From Candidatus Nanohaloarchaea archaeon (GTDB taxonomy: Archaea; Nanohalarchaeota; Nanosalinia; Nanosalinales; Nanosalinaceae), in assembly GCA_041640035.1 (NCBI GenBank), contig JBEQBC010000011.1, forward strand, positions 1-21,477: DNA of 21,477 nt, read 5' to 3'. The translations under genes were made by a program, and so were the position numbers. The notes under the pieces were generated by a model. The model was not told the DNA's origin and ran no database searches. It saw only the letters and a list, made by a program, of their open reading frames with translations. The first letter of the stretch is position 1. The number at the start of each line of letters is the position of its first letter. Positions 16,842-21,477 of this stretch are shown here, piece by piece.

Positions 16842-17158
16842 TTTTCATCACCCCATCTATCCAGAGCTATTAAAGTCAGTATGATGTAGAAGATCGAGGT
16901 TGAAACGATAAACAGATGTTCCTCTATAGGAAGGCCTAGTATCCAGATATTTACAATCTGGTGAGGCTCATAGTACCACCATCCTTCATGTACCGCATAA
17001 GCATCCCAGATATAACCGATAATCATCAGCACTATCAGAGATCGGGAGATCACATCGCAGTTCTCTGTAATAATCTTAGGTCGATAGTAGAGAACTCCTC
17101 CTGTCAACAAGACAAGAGGGATCAACATGAAGATAGCCCACCAGATCAGATAATTCAT
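16838..17158 (-). CDS. Lycopene cyclase domain protein (first subunit of heterodimeric CrtYc/CrtYd-type cyclase)
   Basis: IWDAYAV..GWWYY....V.IWILGLPIEEHLF is the membrane lycopene cyclase signature. Start is ATG 17158 (or TTG 17161), with TTTTATAG at 17186-17193 upstream. Confidence 0.82.
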   Translation of the reverse strand: MNYLIWWAIFMLIPLVLLTGGVLYYRPKIITENCDVISRSLIVLMIIGYIWDAYAVHEGWWYYEPHQIVNIWILGLPIEEHLFIVSTSIFYIILTLIALDRWGDEK

Positions 17159-17227
17159 CAATACGAACGATTAACTGAAATCAAACTATAAAACTTTTCT
17201 ACAGAACGGAATAAAGCTATACAGAAA

Positions 17228-17310
17228 TGCGAGGGCGAGGATTCGAACCCCGGAACCTCTACAGGACAGCGCCCTCAACGCTGCGCCTTTGACCGCTTGG
17301 CTACCCTCGC
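17228..17310 (-). tRNA. tRNA-Leu(GAG); CCA not encoded
   Basis: Acceptor GCGAGGG/CCCTCGC with A73, anticodon stem CAGCG/CGCTG with loop TT-GAG-GG, long variable arm, T arm CGGGG-TTCGAAT-CCTCG. Confidence 0.97.
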
Positions 17311-17439
17311 GTAAAAAGGTCTGTAGATGTATTCTGTAGGCCTATTTTTTTAACTGGATGGTCCTTGTCGGTACTTTCTTAACAGGTAAACTACCAAGTT
17401 TTTGATACCGAATTTCGGGGGGTTGAAGATTTTCTAATT

Positions 17440-18009
17440 ATGGGAGCGAAAACAGTTACACCACAGGAATTTTTACCGTTTACAGAAAACTCTGATGAAT
17501 CAGATACTTCTGCAAAGTACTCTTCGCTGAAAGTTACAGCTGCATTAACTACTGCTGGTGTTGCTGGCAGAGTAGCTCTCCAGCATGTACCGAATGTCTC
17601 CCCGATCGTGGCTGTAGCGGTTGCTACAGGATTCTACTTTGGCGTCCGTGAAGGAGCAGTTGCAGGAGCTTCAGCATATTATCTTTCAAACTTCCTGGTT
17701 TACGGAGGTCAAGGGCCCTGGACTGCCTTCCAGGTCATGGGAGCAGCATCCGCAGGAATAATAGGAGGATTAATCGGCAAGAAGATGAAGGGAAGCCCGG
17801 CTTTTATGCTATCAGCACTTTTAGGCGTTCTAAGCTTTCAGGCCGTAATGAATATCGGTTCGCTTAGCTTTGCGTCCTTTACAGGTATAGGACTGGCTTA
17901 TCTTGCGGCCTCTATACCTTTTGTCGTAACACATGTAGCAAGTACTCTTGGTTTTGGGTTGATGCTTTATGGATCTAGAAGAAAGATTGGACTCTATCGA
18001 CAGAAATGA
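17440..18009 (+). CDS. ECF transporter substrate-binding (S) component, CbrT-like (probable cobalamin specificity)
   Basis: Several TM helices with GR......PNVSP......GFYFG, LSNFL..GQGPWT.FQ and a late H (VTHVAS). Adjacent to a DUF4430 gene. Confidence 0.72.
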   Translation: MGAKTVTPQEFLPFTENSDESDTSAKYSSLKVTAALTTAGVAGRVALQHVPNVSPIVAVAVATGFYFGVREGAVAGASAYYLSNFLVYGGQGPWTAFQVMGAASAGIIGGLIGKKMKGSPAFMLSALLGVLSFQAVMNIGSLSFASFTGIGLAYLAASIPFVVTHVASTLGFGLMLYGSRRKIGLYRQK

Positions 18010-18391
18010 ATTGCTTTATGTTGCTGCAGGAGTTGTTCTGATAGCTGTAGCAGCGGCAGGAATCCAGTACCAGAACAGTGCTCCGGAAACCGGTGAAGAA
18101 GGAACTCAGGTGTCTCTGGAGCTTGAAAAACCAGGTGAAACAGTCGGAGGACAGATAAATGTACCTGTTAACTCGACTGTTTTCGATGCAGTGAATCAGA
18201 CCTACAGTGTCGAGTACACAGAGTATGATTTCGGTTACTTCGTAACCTCCATCGACGGTCTGGCACAGAACGAAACGCACAGCTGGCTTTACTATGTGAA
18301 CAACGAGTCAGCGACTAAAGCTGTCAACAACTATGTATTGGATTCGGGAGACAATGTAACATTCCGTTACACTGCTCAGCAACCTCAATAA
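17969..18391 (+). CDS. Membrane-anchored DUF4430 (transcobalamin-like beta-grasp) protein
   Basis: N-terminal TM helix, then TVFDA...Y.FGYFVTSIDG.......WLYYVN......AV.NYVL..GD.VTFRY. Confidence 0.8.
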   Translation: MDLEERLDSIDRNELLYVAAGVVLIAVAAAGIQYQNSAPETGEEGTQVSLELEKPGETVGGQINVPVNSTVFDAVNQTYSVEYTEYDFGYFVTSIDGLAQNETHSWLYYVNNESATKAVNNYVLDSGDNVTFRYTAQQPQ

Positions 18392-18411
18392 CATCTTTTT
18401 CATCCATTTTT

Positions 18412-19149
18412 TTATTCTTCAGGTCTTGTCAGGAAACACACATCCCGTTCACGGGCACCTTCCATCTCAAGAAGCTCTTCAGCCTTCCTACCCGGCTCAT
18501 CCGTAAACCTGTCCAAGAACTCGGTTGATGTAAGCTCGTCGGCATGAAACTCGTCTAGAACCTTTCTGTAGAAATCCTGGTCTCCCATGGTATCCCGGGA
18601 TTTTTCCATGGCTTCCTGATGGCTCTGAATCTCTTCAGCTGATAAACCGTCCTGATACATGATATCGTAGACATCAGGTACTTCTTCCGCCCAGTACGCT
18701 CTGAGGACAGCTGATTCATCTCCGAATATCTGTGAGGCACCTACTATCTGGTCTCCTCCGAAGTATAGATCTCTTTCACCGCTCTGAAAACTGTAGTCGT
18801 TTCTGTCGTCGATGAAACCGTGTAGTTCATCGGTGAGTGTCTGCGCCTTTTTCTGATCAACCGGCTTTAAAGGTACTCCGAAGTTCAAAGCATATTTAGA
18901 ATCGTCCGTGTAAACCGTGTTGCCGCCGTCCGGTCTCCTAAAAGCATTTTCTCCTGCTTCAAGTTCTCCGAACTCTTCGTACCTACCTCTCATAGCATGA
19001 CGGCCTTCATAACCTTCCTGATGGTCAAGCCCTATCAGGACCGGTGTGTACTGACCGAGTTGCTGTGTTGCTTCGACCAGGTCCGGTATATGCCGTGGAT
19101 CCTCTACTTCCACATCGTATGCTACAAGGTTTTCAGGTGCGATACTCAT
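18412..19149 (-). CDS. Divergent lipoate-protein ligase (BPL/LplA/LipB fold) family protein lacking the conserved Lys
   Basis: RRPDGGNTVY matches RRxxGGGxVY. RDLYFGGDQIVGASQ aligns with NDxxxxGxKIxGxAQ. ATGA-coupled to the upstream lplA-like gene. Confidence 0.62.
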   Translation of the reverse strand: MSIAPENLVAYDVEVEDPRHIPDLVEATQQLGQYTPVLIGLDHQEGYEGRHAMRGRYEEFGELEAGENAFRRPDGGNTVYTDDSKYALNFGVPLKPVDQKKAQTLTDELHGFIDDRNDYSFQSGERDLYFGGDQIVGASQIFGDESAVLRAYWAEEVPDVYDIMYQDGLSAEEIQSHQEAMEKSRDTMGDQDFYRKVLDEFHADELTSTEFLDRFTDEPGRKAEELLEMEGARERDVCFLTRPEE

Positions 19150-19889
19150 TCTCTGTACAACCAGTCTTCACTTGAATATTTATCAGCTAACTCCTCAGCC
19201 CGACTTCTCTCAGAATCCTTCAGCTCATCGATCTCGAAACTCCGGTTTTTGGTCAGTCCTTTCTTCAATGCGTTTACTGATTCTTCGAAACTGGCATCTG
19301 ATTCTCTTTTCACTGAAGTAACCCGTTCCCTGAACTCTCTGATCTTTTTGTCCTCCATTTTGTCCTCGTCAGGTGTGAGAAGTGAGAACATCTCCTCTGC
19401 GTTCACTTCGTACAGTAGTGTTCCTCCGATGTATGTGACGCCGTCCTTTCTCTTCATCGTAGCGCCTGAGATCTTGCATTCCTCAGTTACTACATCGTTG
19501 ATTGGTTCATGTTTGGCCTCTATACCGATTAAGCTTAATCCTTCTGCTATCTCACCACATATCTTTCTGTAAAGCTTGTTCACATCTTCAGGTACTTCTT
19601 CGTTTGGTGCTACCAGCCCCCAGGTGATCTCACCGTCCTCTGTCAGATAGGTTGCTCCACCTCCGCCCTGTCTTCTTACAAGTACTACATCATCCCGTTT
19701 TTCGAACTCTTCCTGGTTGACCTCTTCCTCGAAGCTCTGGCTGTATCCCAGGTTCACGGCGTTTGGTTTCCATCCGGATAGAAAGATTACTGGCTTGGAG
19801 GTTTCACGGACTGATTCCATCAGTGCCTGGTTCAAGCCGGTTTTGAAGTATGGGTTGTAGTGCTGGAACGGGATGAATCTGTATTTCAT
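19146..19889 (-). CDS. lplA: Lipoate-protein ligase A family, catalytic domain only (247 aa)
   Basis: VNLGYSQ...EEVN, VRRQGGGGATY, INDV....KISG, ERVTS, L..KY.S.DW. The likely start is ATG 19889, overlapping the ATPase stop (TGATG). The ORF-track extension to 20081 lies inside the ATPase. Confidence 0.85.
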   Translation of the reverse strand: MKYRFIPFQHYNPYFKTGLNQALMESVRETSKPVIFLSGWKPNAVNLGYSQSFEEEVNQEEFEKRDDVVLVRRQGGGGATYLTEDGEITWGLVAPNEEVPEDVNKLYRKICGEIAEGLSLIGIEAKHEPINDVVTEECKISGATMKRKDGVTYIGGTLLYEVNAEEMFSLLTPDEDKMEDKKIREFRERVTSVKRESDASFEESVNALKKGLTKNRSFEIDELKDSERSRAEELADKYSSEDWLYRE

Positions 19890-21477
19890 CAGTCCTTGTT
19901 CATCTCCTTCTGTATCTTGACAGCGATGTATGCTGCTGTTACGAAGAACATTCCTGATGCTGCTATCTTGCTCCAGCCAGGTATTCCCATTGCTACTGTT
20001 CCGAAGTACTCTCTTACTACCGGTACATAGATCAGGATCATCTGAAGCAGCATGGATGCTGATAGTGCTCCGATCACCCATTTGTTGGAAAGGAAGGAGT
20101 GGTTGTACCGTTCTCTGATGACCTGTATCCTCACCATCTCGATCAGTACGATGAATGTGAAAAGTACTGTCTGTGCTGTCATCAAGCCTGCGTTGAGCGA
20201 TGTGAAGAATACTGGTAGACCTGTCAGGGCCATCAGTCCTCCTATCCAGGCGATGGAGTACATTACATCATCGTTGATCAGGGAGCTGTGCATGTACTTC
20301 TCTGTTTCCTCCATGATTCCTTCTTTCGGCGGGTCTGTGCTTAATGCGAGTGCTGGGAAGCCGTCGGTTACGAAGTTTATCCATAGAAGCATCATAGGTG
20401 TCAGGATCAGTGCTTCGCTGTGTGTCTGGAATATATCTTTGAAGAACAGGCTTCCGATTAGGACTCCGAGGAATACTGTCATGACTTCTCCCATGTTTCC
20501 TGAGAGAAGGTAGTTCACTGATTTCCTGATGTTGTCAGTTATTCCTCTTCCTTCCTCTATAGCATCTCTTATGGTTACGAAGTTGTCGTCCTGGACGATC
20601 ATGTCGCTGCTCTGCTGGGCTACATCTGTTCCGCGGTCTCCCATGCTGATACCAATGTCAGCGTTCTTCAGGGCTGGTGCATCGTTTACACCGTTCCCTG
20701 TCATCGCGACATTCCTGTCCTGATCCTGGTAAGCTTTCAGTATATTTACCTTGTCCTCAGGTGATACACGCGCAAATATCTCGTTGTTATTAACTACTTT
20801 ACGGAGCTCGTCATCGCTTAAGCCTTTCAGGTCCTCGCTAGAGATTGCTCTTTCAGAGTTGAATCCTACCTGTTCTCCTACAGCTTTCGCAGTATTGATT
20901 TCGTCACCTGTCGCCATGATAACATCTATTCCCGCGTTTCTACAGTCTTCAACTGCTTCAGGTACTTCTTCTCTTGGTGGATCTATCATTGCCTGAAGTC
21001 CCAGGAAGATCATCCCGTTCTCTATATTATCGGCGTCTGCTTCTGGATCTGATTCGTCTTTCTTGGCGAATCCGAGTACTCTCAGTGCCTGGCCTGCGAA
21101 TTCCTGGCTCTTATCGATTATCTCCTGTCTTTTCTCTTCTGTTAGTTCCTTGACTCCGTCTTCGGTCATTATCTGGCCGCATCTTTCTGCCACTATTTCC
21201 GGTCCGCCTTTCATGTACGCTGTTCCGTCTTCTGTTACTACGGTCATTCGTTTTCTTTCGGAACTGAAGGTGATTTCTCTCTGTCTCTCTTTTCTTTCCG
21301 TTACTCCTGCTTTTTCTGCTGAGACCAGTAGTGCTACTTCGGTTGGGTCTCCGTAGAAGTCTTCTTCCTCTTCTTCAGGTGCTCTTTCCGCGTTGTTGCA
21401 CTGAAGTCCGCATTCCATCAGTTCTCTGAGATGTTCCGGATCTGTTTCGTGTCCATGTCTTTGGAATCCTCCTTCTG
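19889..21477 (-). CDS. P2A-type (SERCA-like) cation/Ca2+-transporting ATPase, 5' part outside the window
   Basis: GDPTE, FSSERKRM, KGGPE, DPPR, TGD, FARVSPEDK, TGNGVNDAPALK, SGNMGEV, WINFVTDGFPALAL. The frame stays open to the window edge. Confidence 0.93.
   Translation of the reverse strand, partial: EGGFQRHGHETDPEHLRELMECGLQCNNAERAPEEEEEDFYGDPTEVALLVSAEKAGVTERKERQREITFSSERKRMTVVTEDGTAYMKGGPEIVAERCGQIMTEDGVKELTEEKRQEIIDKSQEFAGQALRVLGFAKKDESDPEADADNIENGMIFLGLQAMIDPPREEVPEAVEDCRNAGIDVIMATGDEINTAKAVGEQVGFNSERAISSEDLKGLSDDELRKVVNNNEIFARVSPEDKVNILKAYQDQDRNVAMTGNGVNDAPALKNADIGISMGDRGTDVAQQSSDMIVQDDNFVTIRDAIEEGRGITDNIRKSVNYLLSGNMGEVMTVFLGVLIGSLFFKDIFQTHSEALILTPMMLLWINFVTDGFPALALSTDPPKEGIMEETEKYMHSSLINDDVMYSIAWIGGLMALTGLPVFFTSLNAGLMTAQTVLFTFIVLIEMVRIQVIRERYNHSFLSNKWVIGALSASMLLQMILIYVPVVREYFGTVAMGIPGWSKIAASGMFFVTAAYIAVKIQKEMNKD

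Noticed and set aside
5319-17310. Genomic island or provirus bounded by tRNA-His and tRNA-Leu
   Set aside because: No integrase, transposase or duplicated tRNA 3' end (att site) was seen, and the content looks like ordinary transport and housekeeping genes.
19890-20081. N-terminal extension of the lplA-like ORF in the track
   Set aside because: It overlaps the ATPase C-terminus in another frame. The TGATG junction at 19887-19891 marks the likely start.

Overview
Gene-dense archaeal window. The soluble proteins are strongly acidic (salt-in type), GC is only moderate, promoters look short-leader or leaderless, and the 16S rRNA 5' end is halophile-like but divergent. This points to a nanohaloarchaeon (DPANN), which is an inference. 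From left to right: the 16S rRNA 5' end with its structured leader and promoter, a TIM-barrel protein, glutamate dehydrogenase, a 679-aa class III signal-peptide (pilin-like) surface protein, a TauE/SafE transporter, tRNA-His, a 57-aa membrane microprotein missed by the ORF track, and an unannotated double-guide box C/D sRNA whose guides appear to match the 23S rRNA peptidyl-transferase centre (predicted Um2552 and Um2504, E. coli numbering). Next come a copper module (CopB-type P1B ATPase, a divergent PadR regulator with a Cys-rich tail and a perfect palindromic operator candidate, and a C2H2-finger/His-rich membrane protein), a complete mrpABCDEFG Na+/H+ antiporter operon, a PEBP/YbhB protein and an M24-fold enzyme with an altered metal site. 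The right end holds a split (heterodimeric-type) lycopene cyclase pair, tRNA-Leu, an ECF S-component plus DUF4430 pair (probable B12 scavenging), two tandem lipoate-ligase-family genes (one lacking the conserved Lys) and a 5'-truncated SERCA-like P2A ATPase. No IS, integrase, prophage or CRISPR array was seen.
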